Virus record (IMG/VR): IMGVR_UViG_3300009678_001574
Direction: 5' to 3' (one strand)
DNA length: 36,749 bases
DNA from: a virus
Part shown: positions 9,295-18,304 of the stretch, one piece after another
How positions within the stretch are numbered: position 1 is the first letter of the stretch
Layout: every line of letters begins with the position of its first letter
Made by a program: the position numbers and the translations under genes
Notes under the pieces: model-generated
Told to the model about the DNA's origin: nothing
Database searches by the model: none
What the model saw: only the letters and a program-made list of their open reading frames with translations

Positions 9295-9844
9295 TTACTG
9301 GTTCATCCCGTTGGTGGTTGAGAGTATTTTGCTCTTGATTCTTATAGCTTATGATAACGGATTGTGGGCCACTATAACGGTCGTTGGTACACTTCTAGCT
9401 ATCCACATCACTGGTCTGTATAACATCTTGGACTTTATTAAGGCTAACTGGTCTGGTGTTTTGGCTGGCGCTGTTGCATACATGCTTGTTGGTTTTACAT
9501 GGGCCATTGCTAAATGGGTTATGTATGTGTTCAAGAAGAAGGATACCTACAAGTCGCTCAAGAAGCATTTCGTAAGCGTCCACGGAATTACCACGGATGC
9601 TATTCCTTCTGAGTTTAAGCAGAAGTGGCAACATGAATTAAAGTATAACGATCTTCCGCCGTCCATCGGAAAACACAAGTCTGATATGGCAAGATGGGCA
9701 TTCTATTGGCCACTCAGCGTAATCAACTCTTTGATTAAGGACTTTGCTCGTAAGGTATTTAATCTAGCATTCGAGGCGGTAAAGAACTCTTTACAAAAGA
9801 TTTCGGACAAAATCTTTGCTGATGTAAGTCAGGATTATAAGTAG
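9287..9844 (+). CDS. membrane protein
   Basis: Three to four hydrophobic segments; WAFYWPLS motif. Confidence 0.8.
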   Translation: MSSYWFIPLVVESILLLILIAYDNGLWATITVVGTLLAIHITGLYNILDFIKANWSGVLAGAVAYMLVGFTWAIAKWVMYVFKKKDTYKSLKKHFVSVHGITTDAIPSEFKQKWQHELKYNDLPPSIGKHKSDMARWAFYWPLSVINSLIKDFARKVFNLAFEAVKNSLQKISDKIFADVSQDYK

Positions 9845-9853
9845 TTAGGCCCT

Positions 9854-10024
9854 GCTAGAAGTTATAGTAGTCTGGTTTTCTGGTTGTTAACTCCAAAAGA
9901 ACGCGTTCTTAGGAGAGGTACTAGGAAGGGGCTAAGGTGACTTTTGGGATACCTGGTCTTGAAAGCACTGACCGTTGCGACTATACAGGTAAAGTTTGTC
10001 GCCCAGACTACTATAACTTTTAGC
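9854..10024 (+). ncRNA. unidentified structured RNA closed by a 22-bp terminal stem
   Basis: GCTAGAAGTTATAGTAGTCTGG (9854-9875) pairs with CCAGACTACTATAACTTTTAGC (10003-10024), with one G-U pair. Internal helices present; no ORF. Confidence 0.7.
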
Positions 10025-10110
10025 CCGCGTGCGTGGAATTGGTAGACAGGTCAGACTCAAAATCTGATGGCTTAACGGCCGTGTAGGTTCGATGCCTACC
10101 GCGGGCACCA
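10023..10110 (+). tRNA. tRNA-Leu(CAA)
   Basis: GCCCGCG/CGCGGGC acceptor stem, TCAGA-CTCAAAA-TCTGA anticodon arm, long variable arm, CCA. Confidence 0.97.
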
Positions 10111-10122
10111 AACGAGGACACG

Positions 10123-10644
10123 ATGGAAGATAATTGGTTTGCTCCTAATATTAAAAGATATAAAGAAAGTAAGGAGCTTTCATCTGGTTTGCTTACGGCT
10201 TATGTTATTCACAGAGAACGGGATGGTCGTATTAGACCAGGCTCAAAGGATACGCTAGCTGGCTTAGATGAGACCGAACGAACAGAGATAGCTGTAGCTG
10301 TTAGAGATATAGAGCAATTAGCTAGGAAGTTTGAAGTTGTTAGATGGATGACAATCCAAGAAGCCGTAGATGATTACGGTGGTGTAGCAGGCAAGACGTC
10401 CGACTTCAAGGTTCTGGCGTTGGCTACCGCAGGTCGTTTGTTGGTTACTATTAGTGATAGTAAGCCGCAAGGTCAGGGTAAGTTTGGTGGAGCTTGGGTA
10501 TCTTTGATAGGTGAAGATGGCAACCCTGGTCGTATGGGTATTCAGGGACTTTGTGCTACTAAAGAAGAGGCATTAGGTTTGCTGGATGCGGCAATTAAAG
10601 ATATGCCAAAGTTAAAAAAAGACAACGAGGTTGGGATAATCTAG
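10123..10644 (+). CDS. hypothetical protein
   Basis: GAGG RBS; 173 aa. Confidence 0.75.
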   Translation: MEDNWFAPNIKRYKESKELSSGLLTAYVIHRERDGRIRPGSKDTLAGLDETERTEIAVAVRDIEQLARKFEVVRWMTIQEAVDDYGGVAGKTSDFKVLALATAGRLLVTISDSKPQGQGKFGGAWVSLIGEDGNPGRMGIQGLCATKEEALGLLDAAIKDMPKLKKDNEVGII

Positions 10645-10655
10645 TAGAGATACAC

Positions 10656-11378
10656 ATGAATATCAAAGACAAGGACGCATTTTTCTTAGAGCTGCATAGG
10701 TCGGTTTTGAATTCTGACCTTAGCCTAGAGAACCATACTATGATGCCGCGCCTTGGGAGCATGACTGCATCAGAGCTTAAAACTATCATCGAGAACTATT
10801 CATGTTTGTCTAACAGAGCAATACAGTTTCTTGCTACTGCGCTTGTGTATAGTCAAGATTGGCCGAATTTGTATAGAGAGATAGAACGAAATATCGAAGA
10901 AGAAAAGGGCATTAATACTGGGGGCATATCTCATCTGGCCATGATGCGTCAGGGATACAAGGAAGACTTGGGAATTGATACCTCTAATATTAAGCCATTG
11001 AAATGCACCAAACTCTTTCTAGATGATATGAACGATACATTCCTAGATAGTCGTTTGCCTTTTGTGGCTGGCGCTGTGTTAGCATTTGAAAGCGCGGCAG
11101 TAGAAGAATTTAAAATCGTAGACAACTTGATTAGACAGTACCTATTTCTTAAAGGAAAACGAATGGGTGGTCTAACTGAATCATATATCAACGGGCATAA
11201 AGACTTTGAGGTAGAGCATAGTAGCGGTCTTAGAAAGGCCATTATGAGTCATATGAGTGGTGACGATGCTCATCTTATCGAGTGGGGTTTTAACACCGTA
11301 TGCCGTGATATGACTACTTGGTGGCATTCTTTGAACTACCAAGTAGGTAAAAAGTACCATAGAAATAAGGAGAAATAA
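10656..11378 (+). CDS. heme-oxygenase-like di-iron protein (DUF3865/CADD-like)
   Basis: NIEEEKG...SH, AFE and H-x3-E-x2-H (HKDFEVEH) metal ligands. Confidence 0.7.
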   Translation: MNIKDKDAFFLELHRSVLNSDLSLENHTMMPRLGSMTASELKTIIENYSCLSNRAIQFLATALVYSQDWPNLYREIERNIEEEKGINTGGISHLAMMRQGYKEDLGIDTSNIKPLKCTKLFLDDMNDTFLDSRLPFVAGAVLAFESAAVEEFKIVDNLIRQYLFLKGKRMGGLTESYINGHKDFEVEHSSGLRKAIMSHMSGDDAHLIEWGFNTVCRDMTTWWHSLNYQVGKKYHRNKEK

Positions 11379-11379
11379 G

Positions 11380-12012
11380 ATGGGCTGGAAGGGGTTATTT
11401 ATTCAAGAGGAACCCGCAGAGGAAACTGCAACTGAAACCAAGGTTGCTGCGCCGGCTACTACTGTACCTACAACTTATCGTAGTACGCCTACTGTTGGTA
11501 CGAGCGTCGCAAATCCTGGTGCGTTTGAGGGGCAACTTAGACAGGCTGTTAATAGCAGTGGTTCTGAGTATGTCAGATTCAAGAATGCTTGTGAAGAACT
11601 GCGTAGCGTTTTGCCTGACGAAACCACTAGGTTGAAGTCTGCTTTTGTTACTATGAAGGCTATTGGTATTACAAAGGACGCTCTTGTTTCCACAGCTAAG
11701 GCGTGCGTGGGCGTTGTTACCAATGAGCAGACTGAGTTCGAGGCGGCTATGAACGCTGCTTATTCTAGCCAAGTAGAAGGTGGCGTAAATAAGATTACTT
11801 CAATCGACAAGCAGATTGAAGAGAAGCTTTCTCAGATTGGAACACTGCAAGCTGAAGTTGATCGTATGCGTTCCGAGAAGAGCAAGGTTACTACGGATGT
11901 TGAGCAGAGTCGTAGCAAGATTGACTCAGCGCGTAGGGACTTTGCTGCTGCATTTGGCAAGCTAGTGGACGAAATCAATTTAGATATTAACAGAATTAGT
12001 TCAAGTCTGTAA
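11380..12012 (+). CDS. coiled-coil protein, first gene of the ABC-linked operon
   Basis: GGAG RBS, short amphipathic N-terminus, Pro/Thr linker, C-terminal coiled coil. Confidence 0.8.
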   Translation: MGWKGLFIQEEPAEETATETKVAAPATTVPTTYRSTPTVGTSVANPGAFEGQLRQAVNSSGSEYVRFKNACEELRSVLPDETTRLKSAFVTMKAIGITKDALVSTAKACVGVVTNEQTEFEAAMNAAYSSQVEGGVNKITSIDKQIEEKLSQIGTLQAEVDRMRSEKSKVTTDVEQSRSKIDSARRDFAAAFGKLVDEINLDINRISSSL

Positions 12013-12021
12013 GGAGCAAAA

Positions 12022-13053
12022 ATGGAACTTGATACTGGAAAGCAAACCAAGTCGTGGTGGAAGCGACCAGAGGGCATCACTGGTGGTGTCTTCCTCGCTG
12101 GTATTAGCGTAGCGGGATTGATGCTGTTTAGCAAGATTCTGCCTTGGATTATTACATTGATGCAAAACACTTTGCACGCTGCCTTTTTGGCTGCGAGCAT
12201 TGGTGCTATTCTTTTCATTGTTATGGATCCCAGATTCAGAAACTTCGTATCATATACCTACAAGGGTATCATGCGTAAGATGACTGGTATGTTGATTGAG
12301 CTTGACCCAATCAATATTCTTCGTATCCATATTGATGAGATGAAGAAGAATCGTACCAGTATGAATAAGCAGATTGAAAATCTGCGTGGAGAGATGCGAA
12401 GACTTCAGAATCTTATTCAGACGAATACCGCTGAGTATGAAAACAACCTGAAGCTAGCTGAACAGGCCAAGAAGAGTGGTAAGGCCCAAGTCGTTGCTGT
12501 TAAGGCGCGCAAGGCTGGTAGAACTAAGAACTCAAATGTCACGTTGAGCAATCTGTATTCCAAGATGGAACTGCTTTACAGAATGCTTGGCAAGATGTAT
12601 GAGACTGCCGGTTATCTCATTGAAGATACCGAAGATGAAGTGAATGTTAAGGAACGTGAGCGTAATGCCATCCTGACAAGTCACTCTGCTTTGCGCTCGG
12701 CCATGGCTATTATCTCGGGTGATCCGGATAAGAAGGCTATGTTCGATCAAGCTATGGAGTTCATGGTAGAGGACATTGGTCAGAAGGCTGGTGAAATGGA
12801 ACGCATGATGGAAGTTTCCACTGTGTTCTTGGATTCTATCGACCTTCAGAACGGTGTGTTTGAAGAAGATGGCTTGAAGGCACTGGAACAATGGGAGAAG
12901 GATTCAGTCAATACTCTATTGCTAGGTAATGACACCAAGCTCTTGATGGCTCAGACCGCTGATGTCACTCAGGTTCTTGACCTTGATGCTCCCATTGCTG
13001 ATGTGGTTGCGTCAACGAGAAACAATAATAAATACTTGGACACGTTCAAGTAA
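12022..13053 (+). CDS. two-TM membrane protein with a long, possibly PspA/IM30-like coiled coil
   Basis: AAGGAG RBS, two N-terminal TM helices, DPINIL followed by heptad repeats. Confidence 0.7.
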   Translation: MELDTGKQTKSWWKRPEGITGGVFLAGISVAGLMLFSKILPWIITLMQNTLHAAFLAASIGAILFIVMDPRFRNFVSYTYKGIMRKMTGMLIELDPINILRIHIDEMKKNRTSMNKQIENLRGEMRRLQNLIQTNTAEYENNLKLAEQAKKSGKAQVVAVKARKAGRTKNSNVTLSNLYSKMELLYRMLGKMYETAGYLIEDTEDEVNVKERERNAILTSHSALRSAMAIISGDPDKKAMFDQAMEFMVEDIGQKAGEMERMMEVSTVFLDSIDLQNGVFEEDGLKALEQWEKDSVNTLLLGNDTKLLMAQTADVTQVLDLDAPIADVVASTRNNNKYLDTFK

Positions 13054-13070
13054 AAGAGGAGATTGGTTAG

Positions 13071-14633
13071 ATGAAGCGTATGACTTTGTTTTCGAAGATT
13101 CTTATCATTGCTGTAGTCCTGGGCGGCGGCTTTGGTTTGTTTAAGCTTGCCCAGACTCAGGGATGGGTAGATGCTGTTGCTCCAACTGGACAGACTGCAT
13201 CTAGTGGCACCTCTAAGAGCTTCACGTTTGCTAAGAGTGGTAGCTCTACTCTTAATCGGCCATTGAGGGTCGGTGTGGTTACGTGGGGTGGTTATGCTGG
13301 TGGCCAGTACTTTAACCGTGGTTTCAAGCCTAATCCCGAGTCTCAGTACAGACAAAAGTATGGTTTTGATGTCGAGTTCGTGTTGATGGACGACTTCGTT
13401 CCATCACGAGAGGCGTTCAAAGCTGGCAGTTTGGACTTGCTTTGGGGTACGGTTGATTCGTTCCCATCGGAAGTTGCCGCTCTTCATGCCCAAGGCGTGA
13501 AGATTTTGTTTCAGGCTGATTGGTCCCGTGGTGGTGATGCTGTTGTTGTCCGGCGCGGAATCAATTCGGTTAATGACTTGAAGGGTAAGAAGATTGCTGT
13601 TGCTTTCGGCACCCCTTCTCACACGTTTTTGTTGTGGCTGTTGAACGCTGGTGACTTGACTCAGAAGGATGTTCAGGTTATCGAAGTTCCATCGGCTATC
13701 AATGCTGGTGAATTGTTCAAGGCTCAGCGAGTTGATGCTGCGGTTGTATGGTCGCCTGATGATGAGGACTGCGTTAGTAAGGTGAATGGAGCGAAGGTTC
13801 TAAAGAGCACCAGAGACGCTGACCATATCATCGCTGACGTGTTCTACGTTAAGGAAGAGTTCCTTACTGCCCACAAGCAAGTGCTGGTTGGGTTGGTTGA
13901 GGGTTGGTTGGCTGGTGCTGCTGAAATCAATACCAATCCTCAAGCCAAGGCTACCGCCGCAAAGATTCTTGCTGAAGGTTTGAGCTTGGATGAAGGTTGG
14001 GCGTCGCGAGCTATCGGTAATGCCAGACTGGCTACTTATGGTGATAACGTGAATTTCTTCAATCTTACCAATAGCTACACTGGTGTTACTGGTGAAGACG
14101 TTTATAGCAACATGGCTAAGGCTTACAACACCGTAGGTCTGGCTCCTGAGATTGTTCCTGCTTGGCGGCAGGTGGTTAATACTAGCGTATTGAGCGCCGT
14201 GAGCTTGAGTGGTCCTGAGCATTCTGCTGAGGCTTCTGCACAGTTCACTGCACCAACTACGGCTGAGGTTGCTGCTCCAGCATTTTCAACCAAGCGGGTT
14301 TCTATCACGTTTGATAGTGGCTCCGCTACTCTGGATGATAATGCCAAGCAGATTATTGACCTTACCTTTGCTGAGATTGCTCGGTCATTTGGTCGTGCTC
14401 GTATCCGTGTTGAAGGTAATACGGATGACGTTGGACCCGATGAGTTGAACAAGGGATTGTCACAGCGTAGAGCTAAGGCGGTTGCTGAGTATCTGAGCAG
14501 CGAGTATCACTTTGACCCCAATCGTTTCGTGGTTGTGGGTAATGGTGAGTCAAAGCCAGTTGCTCCTAATACAACGCCGGCTGGTCGTGCGAAGAATCGT
14601 CGCACTGACTTTGAGCTGTTGTCGCAAGAGTAG
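13071..14633 (+). CDS. ABC substrate-binding protein (NMT1/THI5/SsuA-like) fused to an OmpA-like peptidoglycan-binding domain
   Basis: DWSRGGDAVV, DLKGKKIAV and DAAVVWSP motifs. C-terminal VEGNTD...LSQRRAKAV...GESKP...NRRTDF. Confidence 0.92.
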   Translation: MKRMTLFSKILIIAVVLGGGFGLFKLAQTQGWVDAVAPTGQTASSGTSKSFTFAKSGSSTLNRPLRVGVVTWGGYAGGQYFNRGFKPNPESQYRQKYGFDVEFVLMDDFVPSREAFKAGSLDLLWGTVDSFPSEVAALHAQGVKILFQADWSRGGDAVVVRRGINSVNDLKGKKIAVAFGTPSHTFLLWLLNAGDLTQKDVQVIEVPSAINAGELFKAQRVDAAVVWSPDDEDCVSKVNGAKVLKSTRDADHIIADVFYVKEEFLTAHKQVLVGLVEGWLAGAAEINTNPQAKATAAKILAEGLSLDEGWASRAIGNARLATYGDNVNFFNLTNSYTGVTGEDVYSNMAKAYNTVGLAPEIVPAWRQVVNTSVLSAVSLSGPEHSAEASAQFTAPTTAEVAAPAFSTKRVSITFDSGSATLDDNAKQIIDLTFAEIARSFGRARIRVEGNTDDVGPDELNKGLSQRRAKAVAEYLSSEYHFDPNRFVVVGNGESKPVAPNTTPAGRAKNRRTDFELLSQE

Positions 14634-14648
14634 TAAGTTTTTTAATCC

Positions 14649-14700
14649 ACAGGGACATGCTCTATGAGGTTCGCCGCAAGGCCATGTCCCTGTTTTCTCT
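14649..14700 (+). terminator. terminator-like or mRNA-stabilising hairpin after the SBP gene
   Basis: ACAGGGACATG(14649-14659)/CATGTCCCTGT(14683-14693) 11-bp stem followed by TTTCTCT. Confidence 0.55.
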
Positions 14701-14710
14701 CGATGTGCTA

Positions 14711-14917
14711 ATGTACGGTCCAAGATTTATAAGAATAGGCTCGTGTATGACTCCGAGCTGCAAACGACTTCCAACTATTCTTATCTATGAACCGTATGAG
14801 TGGGATGGTATGGAGCACGAAACTAATAGAAAGTTTGCGTGCGAGCCATGTGCTGATAAGTTTTTCTTTTCAAGAGGCTATGGAACAGTTAAGGAACAAG
14901 AGAAAAGAAATGTCTGA
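14711..14917 (+). CDS. small Cys-rich hypothetical protein
   Basis: CMTPSC and CEPC motifs. Start placed after the hairpin (uncertain). Confidence 0.55.
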   Translation: MYGPRFIRIGSCMTPSCKRLPTILIYEPYEWDGMEHETNRKFACEPCADKFFFSRGYGTVKEQEKRNV

Positions 14918-15239
14918 CCGCAAATTAGTTAAAGACCAGTTTGACTGTTTAAGTTGGAGTATAGAGAATCAAACTGTTGATTATGTTATCGAGCATCTTA
15001 AAAAAGAACGAGACAAGATTCTAAGTAATCCAAAGTATAAGAGCGCTGAGATTGCTTTTTATCCTGGCGATCCGTATGATAATTCCGATAAGGAATATGC
15101 TTACGTTGTCGGTATCAGAGAAGAGAACGACAAAGAATATAACGAGCGAATCGAAATAGAGCGAAAGAATAACGCTAGTAGAGAAGAATACGAAAAGAAA
15201 CAATTTGAGTTTCTTAAAAAGAAGTACGAAGGAAAATAA
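14910..15239 (+). CDS. hypothetical phage protein
   Basis: Overlaps both neighbours; charged C-terminal helix. Confidence 0.75.
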   Translation: MSDRKLVKDQFDCLSWSIENQTVDYVIEHLKKERDKILSNPKYKSAEIAFYPGDPYDNSDKEYAYVVGIREENDKEYNERIEIERKNNASREEYEKKQFEFLKKKYEGK

Positions 15240-16045
15240 TGTTAGCCGACCTTTTGAGACTACGTGGTGAGTTGAGTGCTAAACTCAGCACTACTGTTCA
15301 GCTAGTTGGTCTTGCTATTATCTTGGGCTTGTGGTCTTTGGCATCCGGGCTTGAGTTGATTCCACTTTCCCTGTTGCCTACACCTTGGAGCGTGCTATCT
15401 TCCTTTGCTGAATTGCACTTCAAGGATGCTCTGATTAGAAATATTTTCTATTCAGTTAAGATTAATCTCTTGGGCTATATGCAAGCTCTAGCAGTTGCGA
15501 TCCCTGCTGGCTTCATAGTTGGTTTGCTTCCGGTATGTAGAGAGTTGTTTCGTAAATATATCGACGCTACCAGATATCTTCCGCTTACCGCTTTGACTGG
15601 CTTGTTTATTGCCTGGTTCGGTATTGAAGATACTATGAAGGTTCAGTTTTTGGCCTTTGGTATTGTGGTTTATTTGTTGCCAGTAGTAATGCAGCGTATC
15701 AACGAAGTCGAAAAAGTTTATGTAGATACTATCTATACTTTAGGTGCTACAAAATGGCAGACCATTAAAGAGATTTTCATCCCCGCCGTGTTGTCGAAGA
15801 TTTCAGATGATGCTCGCGTGTTGGTTGCTATTAGCTGGACTTACATTATCGTTGCGGAATTGATTAACAAAAGTGCTGGTGGTATTGGCGCCCTTTGTTA
15901 TACTGCCGCCCGACAAAGCCGAATCGACAAGGTGTTTGCTCTGTTGGTTGTAATCGTACTGATTGGTTTTGTTCAAGACAAGCTAGCTGGTATACTGGAC
16001 AAGATGTTATTCCCACATAAGCACACTGGCGCTGGAGAGAAGTAA
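15239..16045 (+). CDS. ABC transporter permease (SsuC/TauC/NitT-like)
   Basis: LLPTPWSV, TLGATKWQ EAA-like loop, SWTYIIVAEL; about six TM helices. Confidence 0.93.
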   Translation: MLADLLRLRGELSAKLSTTVQLVGLAIILGLWSLASGLELIPLSLLPTPWSVLSSFAELHFKDALIRNIFYSVKINLLGYMQALAVAIPAGFIVGLLPVCRELFRKYIDATRYLPLTALTGLFIAWFGIEDTMKVQFLAFGIVVYLLPVVMQRINEVEKVYVDTIYTLGATKWQTIKEIFIPAVLSKISDDARVLVAISWTYIIVAELINKSAGGIGALCYTAARQSRIDKVFALLVVIVLIGFVQDKLAGILDKMLFPHKHTGAGEK

Positions 16046-16827
16046 TGTCTGTAATTGAACTGAAAAATATCTCTCAAGTGTATGACGGCACCAATGTTGT
16101 GTTGAAGGACTTAAACTTAACCATCGAAGATAAACCTAACAAGGGACAGTTCATTGCTCTATTAGGGCCGAGCGGTTGTGGTAAGTCAACTCTACTTAGG
16201 TATATTTCTGGGCTACAGAAGCCGACTACTGGCGAAGTTAATCTGTTTGGAAAGCCTCGTACTGAGGATGACCGAGTAGGTATGGTTTTCCAAAAGTATT
16301 CTTCTTTGCCTTGGCTATCAGTCTTGGATAACATTTCTTTAGGACTCAAGCTACAAGGAGTGAGTAAGGCTGACCGTACTACAAAGGCTAAAGAAATCCT
16401 AGAGGTTGTTGGGCTCAAGGGTCATGGCAGCAAATATGCACAATACCCTACGCTATCAGGTGGCCAATTACAGCGTGTGGCCATTGCTCGTAGTCTGTTA
16501 GCAAATCCTCGTATTCTGATGATGGATGAGCCCTTTGGTGCTCTGGACGTTAAGACTAGACTTAAGATGCAGGATAGTCTTCAAGAGATTTATTTGAGCC
16601 TTAATAATCAGGGCAATAATCCTACCATTTTATTGGTGACTCATGATATTCAGGAGGCTGTATATTTAGCTGACGATATCTTTATCTTAGGTAAAGCGCC
16701 AGCTAAGGTTGAGCATCATATAAAGGTTGCGCTACCAGAGAAGCGCGATAGAAGCATTAAACGAGAAAACTTCTTTAGAGAAATCGTAGCCCAAGTAGAA
16801 GATATAATGATGGGCATTGGTGATTAA
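16045..16827 (+). CDS. ABC transporter ATPase (SsuB/TauB/NitT-like)
   Basis: Walker A GPSGCGKS, LSGGQ signature, MMDEPFGALD, VTHD. Confidence 0.97.
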   Translation: MSVIELKNISQVYDGTNVVLKDLNLTIEDKPNKGQFIALLGPSGCGKSTLLRYISGLQKPTTGEVNLFGKPRTEDDRVGMVFQKYSSLPWLSVLDNISLGLKLQGVSKADRTTKAKEILEVVGLKGHGSKYAQYPTLSGGQLQRVAIARSLLANPRILMMDEPFGALDVKTRLKMQDSLQEIYLSLNNQGNNPTILLVTHDIQEAVYLADDIFILGKAPAKVEHHIKVALPEKRDRSIKRENFFREIVAQVEDIMMGIGD

Positions 16828-17232
16828 ATGGTTGACATATCCAAGGCCAAGCCTATAAAGGAATACACTCTAATTCCTGATGATGCTAATAAAGTCTTGT
16901 GGGAAAAAGTTAACCAATGGCTTGATGAGTCTCCAGCCAAGTTTATGTTTGCTGATGCCAAAGGTATATGCAAAACTGCTGTAGCTGAATATCTAGCCAA
17001 CCAGGATGGTCACACTCTTTATGCATCTATGGCTAAGCGAGATGCTGATTGGTATTCTAGGGAGGCTACCAAAGAAACCAGAGAACGAGAAGCTCAAGCA
17101 GAACGCAACAGAATTGAAAGAGAAAAGCAAGAAGCTCAACGAAAGAAAGAAGAAGCTGAATATCAAGCAGCTATTAGTAAGCTGACTTCTAAAGAACTCC
17201 AGGCTATCCAAAGAAAATCTAGAAGGCGGTAA
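16828..17232 (+). CDS. hypothetical protein with a coiled-coil C-terminus
   Basis: 134 aa, abuts the upstream stop codon. Confidence 0.75.
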   Translation: MVDISKAKPIKEYTLIPDDANKVLWEKVNQWLDESPAKFMFADAKGICKTAVAEYLANQDGHTLYASMAKRDADWYSREATKETREREAQAERNRIEREKQEAQRKKEEAEYQAAISKLTSKELQAIQRKSRRR

Positions 17233-17235
17233 TTC

Positions 17236-17309
17236 TGGGGAGTCGTCTAGCGGCAGGACGTTGGACTTTGGATCCAACTACGAAGGTTCGAATCCTTCCT
17301 CCCCATCCA
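17236..17309 (+). tRNA. tRNA-Gln(TTG)
   Basis: TGGGGAG/CTCCCCA acceptor stem, TTGGA-CTTTGGA-TCCAA anticodon arm, CCA. Confidence 0.97.
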
Positions 17310-17314
17310 AAACG

Positions 17315-17695
17315 ATGTTTCAATCCTCAGGAATTATACAATATTCTAATGCACCACTGCATAAGATATGGCTGTTAGTAGACGACACCATAGGCAAATA
17401 CTATAGAACATTTATTCCTGTTAAAGTTAATGTTCCTAAATACCCAACACATGTATCTGTATATCGTGGCGGTGAGGCTCCCAATATGGATAAATGGGGA
17501 CTTCATGAGGGTCGAAAAATAGAGTTTGAGTATAGTGGCCATATATATGACGATGGGGTTTACTGGTGGTTAGAGGTTCTTTGTAAGGATTTAGAAAATA
17601 TAAGACATGAATTGGGAGTACCTGATTCGGATAAACTCACTCGCTCTCCAGATGGCAGACACAAGTGGCACATCACAATAGCAAATAACAAATAG
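17315..17695 (+). CDS. 2H phosphoesterase (Acb1/T4 57B-like candidate)
   Basis: Two HxS/T motifs (THVSV, WHITI) in 126 aa. The track start at 17261 lies inside the tRNA. Confidence 0.75.
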   Translation: MFQSSGIIQYSNAPLHKIWLLVDDTIGKYYRTFIPVKVNVPKYPTHVSVYRGGEAPNMDKWGLHEGRKIEFEYSGHIYDDGVYWWLEVLCKDLENIRHELGVPDSDKLTRSPDGRHKWHITIANNK

Positions 17696-17701
17696 ACTTA
17701 T

Positions 17702-17788
17702 GCGGGCATGGCGGAACCGGTAGACGCGCCGTCCTTAAGAGTCGGTGGCCTTACGGCCGTGGGGGTTCGAGTCCCTCTGCCCGCACCA
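17702..17788 (+). tRNA. tRNA-Leu(TAA)
   Basis: GCGGGCA/TGCCCGC acceptor stem, loop CTTAAGA, long variable arm, CCA. One T-T mismatch in the anticodon stem. Confidence 0.95.
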
Positions 17789-17797
17789 TACGAGCAC

Positions 17798-18304
17798 ATG
17801 ACAAAATATCAACAGATACTAAGACAGGGGTTATTGGAGCTTCCACATCTCCTAAAAGACATTAGCAGGTGGAGCTCCAAGCTAGTAGACTATGAAACTC
17901 CTGTAGTAGAAAGAATATGGACTGAATACAAAAATTGTAGATTAGCTCTACATAAAATTCATCCATGTTCAACTCCATTAAAGCATGTCCATCCTTGGCC
18001 AGCGGCAGTAAAAGTGCTAAGTGGAAAATACGAAATGGAAATGGGGCTTGTGCATCCTGGTGAATATGGACAGTGGGACTACTCTTTGATTGGCTCCTTC
18101 ATTATGGGCACAGGCTCTGAATACGATTTACTTGCTAAAGGTGCTTGGCATTCAGTTAATCCTATTGACACTCATTCTATTAGTTTGATGGTTATGGGCA
18201 AACCTTGGGAACCGCATCCATCAATGTTAGAACAGCCAAAGCCTGGTACTTTGAAAGAATTAACGGTCGAACAAATTCAATCTATAATTGACGAGATTAG
18301 ATGA
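17798..18304 (+). CDS. cupin-like protein
   Basis: HVHPW...SGKYE...WHSV cupin-type ligands. True start lies after the tRNA. Confidence 0.7.
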   Translation: MTKYQQILRQGLLELPHLLKDISRWSSKLVDYETPVVERIWTEYKNCRLALHKIHPCSTPLKHVHPWPAAVKVLSGKYEMEMGLVHPGEYGQWDYSLIGSFIMGTGSEYDLLAKGAWHSVNPIDTHSISLMVMGKPWEPHPSMLEQPKPGTLKELTVEQIQSIIDEIR

